NCBI GenBank assembly: GCA_024684355.1
Contig: JAIKXA010000060.1
Location: 13,476-77,475, forward strand
Direction of reading: 5' to 3'
Length of the DNA: 64,000 bases
Source of the DNA: Lachnospiraceae bacterium
GTDB taxonomy: Bacteria; Bacillota; Clostridia; Lachnospirales; Lachnospiraceae
Below, one piece after another: positions 28,975 through 38,468 of this stretch. How positions within the stretch are numbered: position 1 is the stretch's first letter; each line of letters opens with the position of its first letter. Both the position numbers and the translations under genes were made by a program. Below the pieces are notes generated by a model. It was not told the origin of the DNA, ran no database searches, and worked only from the letters and a program-made list of their open reading frames with translations.

Positions 28975-28988
28975 TGCGATAAGCGAAT

Positions 28989-29095
28989 GCCCACAATGGA
29001 AGCTTGCTTCCAGATTGTGGGCTGAGCGAACGGTCACTGAGAGAGCTTGCTCTCGAAGTGTCCGACAGCATCGAGTAGGAGTCAGCCTACTCGAT
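28989..29095 (+). other. Three consecutive GC-rich hairpins in the cheR upstream region
   Basis: Hairpins at 28989-29022, 29031-29064 and 29070-29095. The first two are each capped by G(CUUG)C. Confidence 0.45.
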
Positions 29096-29113
29096 TGAAA
29101 GTGAGGTGGCGGT

Positions 29114-29887
29114 ATGACTGATGATTATGAATATTTTAAAAAGCAGATACAGCTCATGACCGGTATCGATCTTTCCTCATATAAGGAAAACCAGATGAAA
29201 AGAAGGCTGGATTCCATGCTTGTGAGAAATAAGCTTAAAAATTATCAGGAATATGTTTCGGTACTCCGGTCCGACAGAGCAAAGCTTGATGAGTTTGTAA
29301 GCTACATGACGATAAATGTTTCCGAGTTCTGGAGAAACGGTGAGCAGTGGGATGTACTGGACCTTTACATACTGCCGAAGCTCTTAAAGCCCGAAGGCAT
29401 AAAGGTCTGGAGTGCGGCCTGCTCCACGGGAGACGAACCTTATTCACTTGTAATGCTTTTGGCAAAGTATCTGCCGTTGCATAAGATAAAAGTACTTGCT
29501 ACGGATATCGATAAGCAGATACTTCAAAAAGCCAGGGAAGGAATATATACGCAAAGAAGTCTTAAAGGACTGCCTGACAGTTATAAAAGCAGATATTTTA
29601 CAGAAATTAGTCCGGGTCTTGCTGCGATTTCTGAGGACATAAAAAGATGTGTGACCTTTAAGGAACATGATCTTTTAAAGGACCCGTATCCGGTCGGATG
29701 TGATCTGATTCTTTGCAGAAATGTGCTGATTTATTTCACAAATGAGGCCAAGGAACGTATATATTCTAACTTTAATAAGTCGCTCAATAAAGGTGGTGTA
29801 CTGTTCCTCGGAAACACCGAACAGATACTGTATCCGGCGGAGCATAATTTTACATTGATTTCATCTTTTTTTTATAAAAAACAATGA
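29114..29887 (+). CDS. cheR: CheR-type protein-glutamate O-methyltransferase
   Basis: Motifs EFWRN and VWSAACSTGDEPYS, plus LCRNVLIYF. Confidence 0.88.
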   Translation: MTDDYEYFKKQIQLMTGIDLSSYKENQMKRRLDSMLVRNKLKNYQEYVSVLRSDRAKLDEFVSYMTINVSEFWRNGEQWDVLDLYILPKLLKPEGIKVWSAACSTGDEPYSLVMLLAKYLPLHKIKVLATDIDKQILQKAREGIYTQRSLKGLPDSYKSRYFTEISPGLAAISEDIKRCVTFKEHDLLKDPYPVGCDLILCRNVLIYFTNEAKERIYSNFNKSLNKGGVLFLGNTEQILYPAEHNFTLISSFFYKKQ

Positions 29888-29905
29888 TTCTTGGAGTTTT
29901 TTATG

Positions 29906-29934
29906 TTGATTTTTTAAATACAATGGGGTATAGT
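29906..29934 (+). promoter_or_regulatory. Putative promoter of plsX-acpP-rnc
   Basis: TTGATT (29906-11), 17-nt spacer, TATAGT (29929-34). Confidence 0.5.
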
Positions 29935-29960
29935 TATTTTAGAAAAAACGGAGTGGAAAA

Positions 29961-30965
29961 ATGGACGGATTAGTTAAAGTGGCCATAGATGCCATGGGCG
30001 GTGATAATGCCCCTTTTGAACTTGTCAAAGGTACGGTCGAAGCGGTTCAGGAAAGTGAGAAGCTTAAGTGCTTTCTGGTAGGAAAAGAAGACTTGATCAG
30101 GAAAGAGCTTGCAGCGTACTCCTATGATACCGCAAGGATAGAAGTTGTTAATGCAAATGACATCATTACAAATGACGAAGCTCCCGTTATGGCTATAAGA
30201 CGTAAGAAAGAGTCTTCCATAGTGGTTGGTCTTAACCTTGTTAAATCAGGTGAAGCCGACGGCTTTATATCTGCGGGAAGTACCGGAGCGGTCCTGGTAG
30301 GCGCACAGCTTATCGCCGGCAGGATAAAAGGAGTCGAAAGGACTCCGTTAGCCCCCGTAGTACCCACACTTAAGGGTGTCTCTCTTCTTATAGACTGCGG
30401 AGCCAATGTTGATGCACGTGCATCGCATCTGGTGCAGTTTGCCAAAATGGGTTCCATATACATGGAAAACGTGATCGGTGTTAAAAATCCCAAGGTAGCG
30501 ATAGTCAATATCGGTACCGAAGAGGAAAAAGGAAACGCACTGGTCAAGGAGACATTCCCGCTGCTTAAAAACTGTTCGGACATCAACTTTGTCGGCAGCA
30601 TCGAATCCCGCCAGATACCTTACGGAGATGCTGATGTCATAGTATGCGAGGCCTTTGTCGGCAACGTCATCCTTAAGATGTACGAAGGTGTGGCAGGTGC
30701 ACTTGTCACAAAGATAAAAGAAGGTCTTACAGCTACTCCGGTAAGCAAGATCGGAGCGCTTTTAAGCAAGAAATCCCTTAAGAAAACACTTAAAGGATTC
30801 AGCATGGATGAATACGGCGGAGCTCCCATGCTGGGACTTAACGGACTTGTTATGAAAACTCACGGAAATTCAAAGGCAATAGAGGTTAAAAACTCGATAT
30901 TGCAGTGTATTAAATTCAGTGAGAGCAATATACCTGATAAAATCAGGAGAAATTTACAGGAATAA
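29961..30965 (+). CDS. plsX: Phosphate acyltransferase PlsX
   Basis: IAIDAMGGDNAP start region and conserved body. Located upstream of acpP. Confidence 0.93.
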   Translation: MDGLVKVAIDAMGGDNAPFELVKGTVEAVQESEKLKCFLVGKEDLIRKELAAYSYDTARIEVVNANDIITNDEAPVMAIRRKKESSIVVGLNLVKSGEADGFISAGSTGAVLVGAQLIAGRIKGVERTPLAPVVPTLKGVSLLIDCGANVDARASHLVQFAKMGSIYMENVIGVKNPKVAIVNIGTEEEKGNALVKETFPLLKNCSDINFVGSIESRQIPYGDADVIVCEAFVGNVILKMYEGVAGALVTKIKEGLTATPVSKIGALLSKKSLKKTLKGFSMDEYGGAPMLGLNGLVMKTHGNSKAIEVKNSILQCIKFSESNIPDKIRRNLQE

Positions 30966-30976
30966 CGGAGGGTACT

Positions 30977-31207
30977 ATGGAATTCGAAAAATTGCAGAAG
31001 ATCATTTCTGAGGTGCTTAATGTTGAACCCGAGAAGATATCAATGGACACAACATTCATTGACGATCTCGGAGCTGATTCACTTGATGTATTCCAGATCA
31101 TCATGGGTATCGAAGAGGAATTCGACATTGAAATCGCTAATGAAAACGCTGAGAATATCGTAACGGTCAGAGATGCAGTTGAACAGATCAAGAATGCTAT
31201 AAACTGA
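30977..31207 (+). CDS. acpP: Acyl carrier protein
   Basis: 76 aa with the phosphopantetheine site DLGADSLD. Confidence 0.95.
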   Translation: MEFEKLQKIISEVLNVEPEKISMDTTFIDDLGADSLDVFQIIMGIEEEFDIEIANENAENIVTVRDAVEQIKNAIN

Positions 31208-31212
31208 TTTTA

Positions 31213-31246
31213 AAGGCTGTCGGTCAGACAGCCTTCTTTATGTTTT
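31213..31246 (+). terminator. Probable partial terminator/attenuator after acpP
   Basis: A 9-bp stem (31213-21 / 31227-35) followed by a T-rich tract, just before the rnc start. Confidence 0.45.
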
Positions 31247-31260
31247 GGAAAGGTAGATCA

Positions 31261-31956
31261 ATGACTTCTGAAAAAATAAAAGGATTAGAGGAAAAACTTG
31301 AGTATACCTTCAAGGACAAAAGCCTGCTCACGCTTGCTCTTTCTCACAGTTCATACGTTAATGAGCTTACGGTAAAGAACAGGCAGTGCAACGAAAGGAT
31401 TGAGTTCCTCGGAGACGCCATTTTGGAGATGGTATCAAGTGAGTACCTGTATAAGACAAGACCTCAGGACAAAGAGGGTGTCATGTCAAAGCAAAGAGCT
31501 GCGCTTGTGTGCGAAAAAGCACTTGCATCGGCTGCAAGGGATATAAACCTTGGCGATTACCTGCTGCTCGGGAAAGGCGAAGCAGCCAACGGCGGAGCCA
31601 ACAGGGATTCGATACTTGCCGATGCGTTTGAAGCGATAATCGGAGCTATTTACCTTGACGGCGGATACCAGGTAGTATCCGGATTTATCATAAAAAGAGT
31701 CCTTGAAAGCGGCAACGGAACATTTGTTGATTACAAATCCCGTTTCCAGGAAATAGTTCAGGGACGAAGCAATGCAAAGATAATATACGAGCTTGTGGGA
31801 GAGACGGGACCCGAACATGACAGACAGTTCGAGGTAGTCGTCTCTATTAATGGTGTTGTACTCGGACACGGCACAGGCCACAATAAAAAGGCCGCAGAAC
31901 AGAATGCGGCAATGGAAGCCATCGTAAGGACCAGACGTCAGAGCGACCTTGCTTAA
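31261..31956 (+). CDS. rnc: Ribonuclease III
   Basis: Signature NERIEFLGDAILE and a C-terminal dsRBD (GHNKKAAEQNAA). ATG at 31261 is preferred over the track start at 31240. Confidence 0.92.
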   Translation: MTSEKIKGLEEKLEYTFKDKSLLTLALSHSSYVNELTVKNRQCNERIEFLGDAILEMVSSEYLYKTRPQDKEGVMSKQRAALVCEKALASAARDINLGDYLLLGKGEAANGGANRDSILADAFEAIIGAIYLDGGYQVVSGFIIKRVLESGNGTFVDYKSRFQEIVQGRSNAKIIYELVGETGPEHDRQFEVVVSINGVVLGHGTGHNKKAAEQNAAMEAIVRTRRQSDLA

Positions 31957-32030
31957 AAGATGTTTGTGAGTACCGGCAGCCGGTATAAGGCTGATGCGTG
32001 GCTTTAGTAATTTAAGGAACGGAATTTGTT

Positions 32031-35000
32031 ATGTATTTAAAAAGTATAGAGATTCATGGGTTTAAATCCTTTGCAAACAAAATACTCTTTGAATTCCATG
32101 ACGGGATCACTGCTATAGTAGGACCCAACGGCAGCGGAAAAAGCAATGTTGCGGATGCCGTAAGATGGGTGCTCGGTGAGCAGAGCGCCAAGCAGCTCAG
32201 AGGCTCATCCATGCAGGACGTTATATTTTCGGGCTCCGAAGCCAGAAAACCCATGGGGTATGCGTACGTTGAGATAACCTTTGATAACTCGGACCACACA
32301 CTTCCGGTCGACTACGAAGAGATAGCCGTAGCCAGACGTGTATACCGTTCGGGAGAAAGTGATTACCTCATCAACGGCAACGTATGCAGGCTTAAGGATG
32401 TCCAGGAAATGTTCATGGACACCGGTATCGGAAAAGAAGGCTATTCCATAATCGGACAGGGCCAGATCGACAAGATATTAAGTACCAAGCCCGAGGACAG
32501 AAGAGAACTGTTTGATGAGGCGGCCGGCATCGTAAAGTTCAAAAAGAGAAAGGTCATGGCCGAGAAAAATCTTTTTGAGACCTCGGACAACCTGCTCAGA
32601 GTAAACGATATCATCGGTGAGCTTGAAAAGCAGCTGGGACCTTTGGAGGAGCAGTCGATAGCCGCAAAAGAATATCTGCGGTTAAAAGAGATACTTAAAA
32701 ACCTTGAGGTCAACAATTTCCTCCGCGAGTATGAGGAAAGCGGCAAAAAGAAAAGAGAACTTGACGAAAAATACGAGATAGCCTACGAGGAACTCGATGA
32801 GACCAGAAAGGCCAACGAAAAGGCCGAGACCGAATATAAAAAGCTTGAAAATGAAATAGTTGAGATAGATGAGCTGCTTAATGAAAAAAGAAACAAGCGT
32901 CAGGAAATGCTTATCGGCACCGAGAAAAAAGAAGGTGAGATAAAGCTCTTGGAGCAGCAGCTCGAAAATATAGGCTTAAATTCAAAACGTATCGAAGAAC
33001 GTGTTAACGAAATAAAGACCGGGATAGACGAAAAGTATTCCGAGCGTGCGGAGTTTGAAAAGCAGAAGCTTTCCTACGAGGAAAAGCTTAAGGACTGTGC
33101 CGGAAGAAAAGAGGCTGCAAAGACCGCACTTGATGAAGTAAGACGCGGGATAGAAGACATCACCTCAAAAGTGGATGATGCCAATTCTGAGATATTGAGG
33201 CTTGCCACATCCGACGGACATGTAAAGACCAACATCGAGCATGTGGATACCGTGCTCGAACAGAATAATATCAGACATTCGGAGCTTTCCAGAAGACTTC
33301 TGACCTTAAAGGGTGATGAAGCTGATGCGCAGGCTCTTGTTGTTGACTTGGAAAATAAGTACAACGAAATCACAAAGAGCATAACCGACAAGGAAAAGGA
33401 AGTACGCGACCTGTCGGGAAAACTGACAAGTGCGGACGAAACCTCCAGAAGCCTTATCAAAAAAATCGATGAAAAGAACCAGGATTTCTTAAACGTAAGA
33501 TCACGTCTTGAAGCCATAAAACAGATCGCAGAGCGTTATGACGGATACAGCTCAAGCGTTAAGAAGATCATGGAAAACAGGGCTGACTTCCCCGGTATCT
33601 GCGGTGTTGTAGCCGATATCATCTCGTCGGAGAAAAAGTATGAGACAGCCGTTGAAACGGCACTCGGAGCATCAATACAGCATATCGTTACCGAGGACGA
33701 AAAGACAGCCAAGGACGTAATCGAATACCTTAAAAAAGAGAAGGCCGGAAGAGCTACATTCCTCCCCATTACTTCCATCGGAGACGGTAACAGGGGTAAG
33801 GTCGACAAAGAGGTATTTGACGAAAAAGGCGTAATAGGCGATGCGGCATCATTAAGCATAGCTGACAAGAAATACGCAGGTATCGTAAGTCATCTGTTAA
33901 AGAGCTTTGTCGTAGTCGACAATATAGATAATGCCTTGGCTATAGCCAGAAAGTATGATTATAACGTACGCCTTGTAACCCTGGAGGGCGAGCTTTTGTC
34001 ACCCGGCGGTTCGATAGCCGGCGGTGCATTTAAAAACAAGGGCAACCTGCTTGGACGTAAACGTGAGATAGAAGAGCTCGAAGCACAGGTAAAGACAAAG
34101 AGGGCTGAGCTTGAAGAAGCACGTAAAAACCAAGCGGCCGTTTCGGACGAAAAGAAAAAGATCCGTGAGGATATCGACAATGTAAGAGCCCTGTTAAGGG
34201 ACCTTTACGTAGACCAGAATACTGCCGGACTTGAGTTAAAGAAGGAGTCCGAGCACTTAAACGATATAAGGACAAAGATATCCGATTACAAGAAGGAATC
34301 GGGCACCATCGAGCAAAAGACCAAAGAGCTTAAACAGGAGCTTGAGGTACAGAAGCAGAGCCTTTCCGAGAACGAGAAAAAGAATCTCGAGCTTAAGAGC
34401 TATATCGAAAAAGCCGGTGACGAAATGGGACAGGCAAAGGCTAAAGAGGAAGAGGCTTCAAAGCTTTTGTCCGATATCACCGTCGAATATTCCAATATCG
34501 AGCAGGCCTGCGGTTATTCCGATGAAAATATCGCACGTATCGATTCCGATATCGAGCGCTTAAAGAGCGACAGCGAAAGGATAAGAAACGGCGAGGAAGA
34601 AAACCGTAAGGAATTCGAAGAAAAGAATAAACAGATAGAGCTTTGCAGGACAGAGATAGAAAACTTCAACAAGGAATCCGAAAGCTTAAAGAGTGCCATC
34701 GAAGAACTTACAGGCAAAAAAGATAAGATCAACCACGATCATAAGGAGTTCTTCAACTCCTGGTCAGAGCTTACAAAGCGCATAAATGACCTTGAAAAAG
34801 AAGTCATGAGACTTCAGGGTATGCGTGAAAAGACAGGTGAGATCATGGATGCGGCCACCACTTATATGTGGGAGGAGTACCAGCTTACACTTTCTACCGC
34901 ACGCAGCTACTATGATGAAGATTTCAAGGCTTCCGCGGCAAGAAAGAACATAAACGAGTGCCGCCAGGAGATCAAGAAGCTCGGAAACGTAAACGTTAAT

Positions 35001-35591
35001 TCCATTGAAGATTACAAGAACGTATCAGAAAGATATGAGCTGTTAAGCGGTCAGAAGAAGGATCTTACCGAATCCATGGAAAAGATCACAACTATGATAA
35101 ACGAACTTGACGAGGCTATGAGAAAGCAGTTCTCCGAAAGATTCGAGCTTATCAGGACCGAGTTCAACAACGTGTTTAGAGAGCTTTTCGGTGGCGGAAA
35201 GGGAGAACTGGAACTTATCGAGGATGAGGACATCCTTTCAGCAGGTATCAGGATCATAGCGCAGCCGCCCGGAAAGAAACTGCAGAACATGATGCAGCTG
35301 TCAGGAGGAGAGAAGGCACTTACTGCGATCAGCCTGCTGTTTGCGATACAGAACTTAAAGCCTTCACCGTTCTGTCTGCTTGATGAGATAGAGGCAGCGC
35401 TCGACGATTCAAACGTAAAGCGTTATGCAAGCTATCTGCATAAGCTGACCAAGAACTCACAGTTCATCGTTATCACCCACAGACGCGGTACCATGGCATC
35501 TGCGGATATCCTCTACGGCATCACCATGCAGGAAAAGGGTGTCTCCACACTCGTATCGGTGAGCCTGATCGAAGATGACCTAGACAAATAA
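32031..35591 (+). CDS. smc: Chromosome partition protein SMC
   Basis: Walker A GPNGSGKSN, long coiled coils with a hinge, signature LSGGEKALTA and Walker B LLDEIEAALD. Confidence 0.96.
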   Translation: MYLKSIEIHGFKSFANKILFEFHDGITAIVGPNGSGKSNVADAVRWVLGEQSAKQLRGSSMQDVIFSGSEARKPMGYAYVEITFDNSDHTLPVDYEEIAVARRVYRSGESDYLINGNVCRLKDVQEMFMDTGIGKEGYSIIGQGQIDKILSTKPEDRRELFDEAAGIVKFKKRKVMAEKNLFETSDNLLRVNDIIGELEKQLGPLEEQSIAAKEYLRLKEILKNLEVNNFLREYEESGKKKRELDEKYEIAYEELDETRKANEKAETEYKKLENEIVEIDELLNEKRNKRQEMLIGTEKKEGEIKLLEQQLENIGLNSKRIEERVNEIKTGIDEKYSERAEFEKQKLSYEEKLKDCAGRKEAAKTALDEVRRGIEDITSKVDDANSEILRLATSDGHVKTNIEHVDTVLEQNNIRHSELSRRLLTLKGDEADAQALVVDLENKYNEITKSITDKEKEVRDLSGKLTSADETSRSLIKKIDEKNQDFLNVRSRLEAIKQIAERYDGYSSSVKKIMENRADFPGICGVVADIISSEKKYETAVETALGASIQHIVTEDEKTAKDVIEYLKKEKAGRATFLPITSIGDGNRGKVDKEVFDEKGVIGDAASLSIADKKYAGIVSHLLKSFVVVDNIDNALAIARKYDYNVRLVTLEGELLSPGGSIAGGAFKNKGNLLGRKREIEELEAQVKTKRAELEEARKNQAAVSDEKKKIREDIDNVRALLRDLYVDQNTAGLELKKESEHLNDIRTKISDYKKESGTIEQKTKELKQELEVQKQSLSENEKKNLELKSYIEKAGDEMGQAKAKEEEASKLLSDITVEYSNIEQACGYSDENIARIDSDIERLKSDSERIRNGEEENRKEFEEKNKQIELCRTEIENFNKESESLKSAIEELTGKKDKINHDHKEFFNSWSELTKRINDLEKEVMRLQGMREKTGEIMDAATTYMWEEYQLTLSTARSYYDEDFKASAARKNINECRQEIKKLGNVNVNSIEDYKNVSERYELLSGQKKDLTESMEKITTMINELDEAMRKQFSERFELIRTEFNNVFRELFGGGKGELELIEDEDILSAGIRIIAQPPGKKLQNMMQLSGGEKALTAISLLFAIQNLKPSPFCLLDEIEAALDDSNVKRYASYLHKLTKNSQFIVITHRRGTMASADILYGITMQEKGVSTLVSVSLIEDDLDK

Positions 35592-35592
35592 A

Positions 35593-35650
35593 CCACCTAA
35601 GGCTTCCCCTTGAGGGGAAGCTGTCACCCGTAGGGTGACTGATGAGGTGG
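35593..35650 (+). other. Compact Y-shaped (three-way junction) RNA-like element between smc and ftsY
   Basis: P1 is 35593-98/35645-50, P2 is 35601-09/35614-21 and P3 is 35623-29/35633-39. No U-tract follows. Confidence 0.35.
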
Positions 35651-35678
35651 GAGATAAAAAAGACATAAGGGGTTTTTT

Positions 35679-36641
35679 ATGGGAGAAGAAAAAGAAAAGA
35701 AAAAAGGATTTTTCAGCCGTTTGGTTTCGGGGCTTTCTAAGACCAGAAAGAGCATAGCGAACGGTCTTAACAGCATCTTCAGCGCCTTTTCGTCCATTGA
35801 CGATGACTTTTACGAGGAGCTGGAAGAGACTCTTATCATGGCCGATATCGGTATAAACGCTACCGAATCCATAGTTGAAAACCTTAAAGAAAAAGTAAAA
35901 GAGAATAAGATCAGGGAACCCGAGGCATGCAGGCAGCTCCTGATGGACAGCATAGTTGAGCAGATGTCTGTTCCGGAAGACGCATATGAGTTTGAAAACC
36001 GTAAGTCCGTAGTTATGGTCATCGGTGTTAACGGAGTAGGAAAGACCACATCCATAGGAAAACTGGCAGGCCAGCTTAAAGGCATGGGCAAAAAGGTACT
36101 TGTTGCAGCAGCCGACACCTTCCGTGCGGCAGCCATCGAACAGCTGACCGAATGGACCAACCGTGCAGGTGTGGATATCATCGCGCAGTCCGAAGGTTCC
36201 GATCCGGCAGCGGTTGTTTTTGATGCCGTAAATGCAGCAAAATCCAGAAAGACAGATGTCCTGTTATGTGACACCGCAGGGCGTCTTCATAACAAGAAAA
36301 ACCTTATGGACGAGCTTAAAAAGATCAACAGGGTAGTGGACCGTGAATATCCGGACTGCTACCGTGAAACACTTGTTGTTCTGGACGGTACCACAGGACA
36401 GAATGCTCTGGCACAGGCAAAGCAGTTCAGCGAAGTGGCAGACATCACAGGCATCATCATCACAAAGCTTGACGGTACTGCTAAGGGAGGAATAGCTGTA
36501 GCCATCCAGAAGGAGCTCGGTATCCCGGTAAAATATATCGGCGTGGGCGAGCATATTGACGATCTTCAGAAATTCGATCCGCAGTCGTTTGTGGAAGCAT
36601 TGTTCAGCGTAGCCGACGTGCCTGCAAACGAGGAAGAATAA
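35679..36641 (+). CDS. ftsY: Signal recognition particle receptor FtsY
   Basis: Motifs [23 protein letters not shown] and [10 protein letters not shown]. Confidence 0.95.
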   Translation: MGEEKEKKKGFFSRLVSGLSKTRKSIANGLNSIFSAFSSIDDDFYEELEETLIMADIGINATESIVENLKEKVKENKIREPEACRQLLMDSIVEQMSVPEDAYEFENRKSVVMVIGVNGVGKTTSIGKLAGQLKGMGKKVLVAAADTFRAAAIEQLTEWTNRAGVDIIAQSEGSDPAAVVFDAVNAAKSRKTDVLLCDTAGRLHNKKNLMDELKKINRVVDREYPDCYRETLVVLDGTTGQNALAQAKQFSEVADITGIIITKLDGTAKGGIAVAIQKELGIPVKYIGVGEHIDDLQKFDPQSFVEALFSVADVPANEEE

Positions 36642-36664
36642 TAGCTTTTTCGGGGGGAGAAGTT

Positions 36665-37270
36665 ATGGATACTTCGGAGAAAAAAACATTCAAGCCGGTT
36701 AAAAACTCGGCTGTCAGGGAAATATTACTGACACTTCTGACATACGCAGTACTTTATGTCGTTTCGTTCTTTTTACTTGTACTTTTGATAAGGCTGCCTA
36801 TTTTTTCGGGCATGCATGTACTTATGTACCGCGGCATAGTGCTTATCGTGATCTCGGGCATCATCGCTTCGGTACTTATGGTGCTGTTTAAAAAGCTTAA
36901 AGGCATAACCTGGCTTTCGGCAAAGGATGTGGTACTTGTTTTCATCCTGTGCTGCAGTATCAATATGGTATTCTTTACACTGATCCCGGTCACGGTTGAA
37001 AGATCGGTCTCCGTATTCATGTTAAGCTATATGGATACTTTCGATGAAAGAACCTATACCGAGGATGAGATAAGCGAGATTTTCGTAGATAAGTATGTAA
37101 CGGAGTACGGTGCTTTTGAAAAAAGATTTGATGAACAGCTTACTACAGGGACAATAGAGAAAAATGCCGACGGAAGCTACAGCATCACGTCTAAAGGCAG
37201 ACTGATAGTGAAGCTTTTCAGGCTTATATCTGATGTTTTTGAAACGGATAAACGACTGGTTGATCCGTAA
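36665..37270 (+). CDS. Hypothetical polytopic membrane protein with soluble C-terminal domain
   Basis: Good RBS (GGGGGGAG), about four TM helices and then about 90 soluble residues. No family recognised. Confidence 0.6.
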   Translation: MDTSEKKTFKPVKNSAVREILLTLLTYAVLYVVSFFLLVLLIRLPIFSGMHVLMYRGIVLIVISGIIASVLMVLFKKLKGITWLSAKDVVLVFILCCSINMVFFTLIPVTVERSVSVFMLSYMDTFDERTYTEDEISEIFVDKYVTEYGAFEKRFDEQLTTGTIEKNADGSYSITSKGRLIVKLFRLISDVFETDKRLVDP

Positions 37271-37282
37271 AAGGGTTTGATC

Positions 37283-38248
37283 ATGGCAGAAAATAATGAA
37301 AAAAAACTATATGAATCGGTGCCGACTGTGCAGTCAGGTGAATATATTACTCCTCAGCCTTTAGCTGATACTGACGGGCAAAGATATGTACCTAAGCAGT
37401 ACCGGGAAAACAAAAATCCTGTCATGGAGGCAATAATCTGCTTCCTGATAATGATTGTATTTTTGCTTATACAGGTGGTTGTTACCGTACCAATGATGAT
37501 CATCAAGATGATCGAACTGGGACCCACTATCCCGGATTCGATGCCTTATGATCAGGTTTACAACCTTCTTATGGATTCGATAGATGTGGTAACGATGAGC
37601 TTTGTCTCGACGATCGTTTCCATGATAGTGGCCGTAATATGGTATAAAAAGTGCTTTTGCAAGGGATATGGTCTCGGTGAGTTTAAGGCATCGTGCAAAA
37701 AGATCATCAAGCCTGACATAATAGGCGGACTGTTCTTTGCGGCGGTCGGACTGTTCTTCTTTACCAGCATAATAGTTGCGATCATTTATTCGGTATCGCC
37801 TAAGGCAATAGACGATTATAATGATCTGATGGACAGTGTCGGGCTATCCAGCTACGACTGGAAGATGATAGTACTTACCGTACTGCTGGCTCCGATAAAC
37901 GAAGAATGCATCATGCGCGGTATAATCCTTACCAGGTTAAAGAGAAAAATGATACCGGTGCTTGCCATTATCCTTTCAGCTGTGTATTTCGGTATATTCC
38001 ATCTGAATCTGGTACAAGGCATATATGCAGGCATACTCGGTCTGTTTATGGCATACATTGCATATAAATACAGATCGATCATTCCTTCGATCATATTCCA
38101 TGCCATATTCAATGGGATCAATTACCTGATAATGCTGCTTCCGGAAAGCATTACGGATAACGCGATATTGCTTATTGTAATACCTGTGATAAGCGGTATA
38201 CTGTGGTATTTCCTTGAAGGCAGAAAGAAATTCACGGAAAAAGGCTGA
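37283..38248 (+). CDS. CPBP-family (CAAX/Abi) intramembrane glutamic protease
   Basis: Motifs APINEECIMRG (EExxxR), FGIFH and HAIFN within a polytopic membrane protein. Confidence 0.8.
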   Translation: MAENNEKKLYESVPTVQSGEYITPQPLADTDGQRYVPKQYRENKNPVMEAIICFLIMIVFLLIQVVVTVPMMIIKMIELGPTIPDSMPYDQVYNLLMDSIDVVTMSFVSTIVSMIVAVIWYKKCFCKGYGLGEFKASCKKIIKPDIIGGLFFAAVGLFFFTSIIVAIIYSVSPKAIDDYNDLMDSVGLSSYDWKMIVLTVLLAPINEECIMRGIILTRLKRKMIPVLAIILSAVYFGIFHLNLVQGIYAGILGLFMAYIAYKYRSIIPSIIFHAIFNGINYLIMLLPESITDNAILLIVIPVISGILWYFLEGRKKFTEKG

Positions 38249-38264
38249 ATTTTATTGATTTTTG

Positions 38265-38293
38265 TTGATTTATATATAAAAAAAGTGTATAAT
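38265..38293 (+). promoter_or_regulatory. Near-consensus promoter of the 38.4-45.7 kb cluster
   Basis: TTGATT (38265-70), 17-nt spacer, TATAAT (38288-93). A leader of about 175 nt with several hairpins follows. Confidence 0.55.
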
Positions 38294-38468
38294 AACATAG
38301 TATGATAAAAAATAATGGGGATATTGTTTTTTATCGCCTATTTGTCGTTACGGACGAACGACGGCAATGGGCCTGCGCCGGGGTAGGGCGCAGTCTTGAC
38401 AGATATAAATCCGTAAAGAGATCTTGCGGGTTTAAAAAGCTGTAAAAAAAACAGCATGGAGGTTAATT

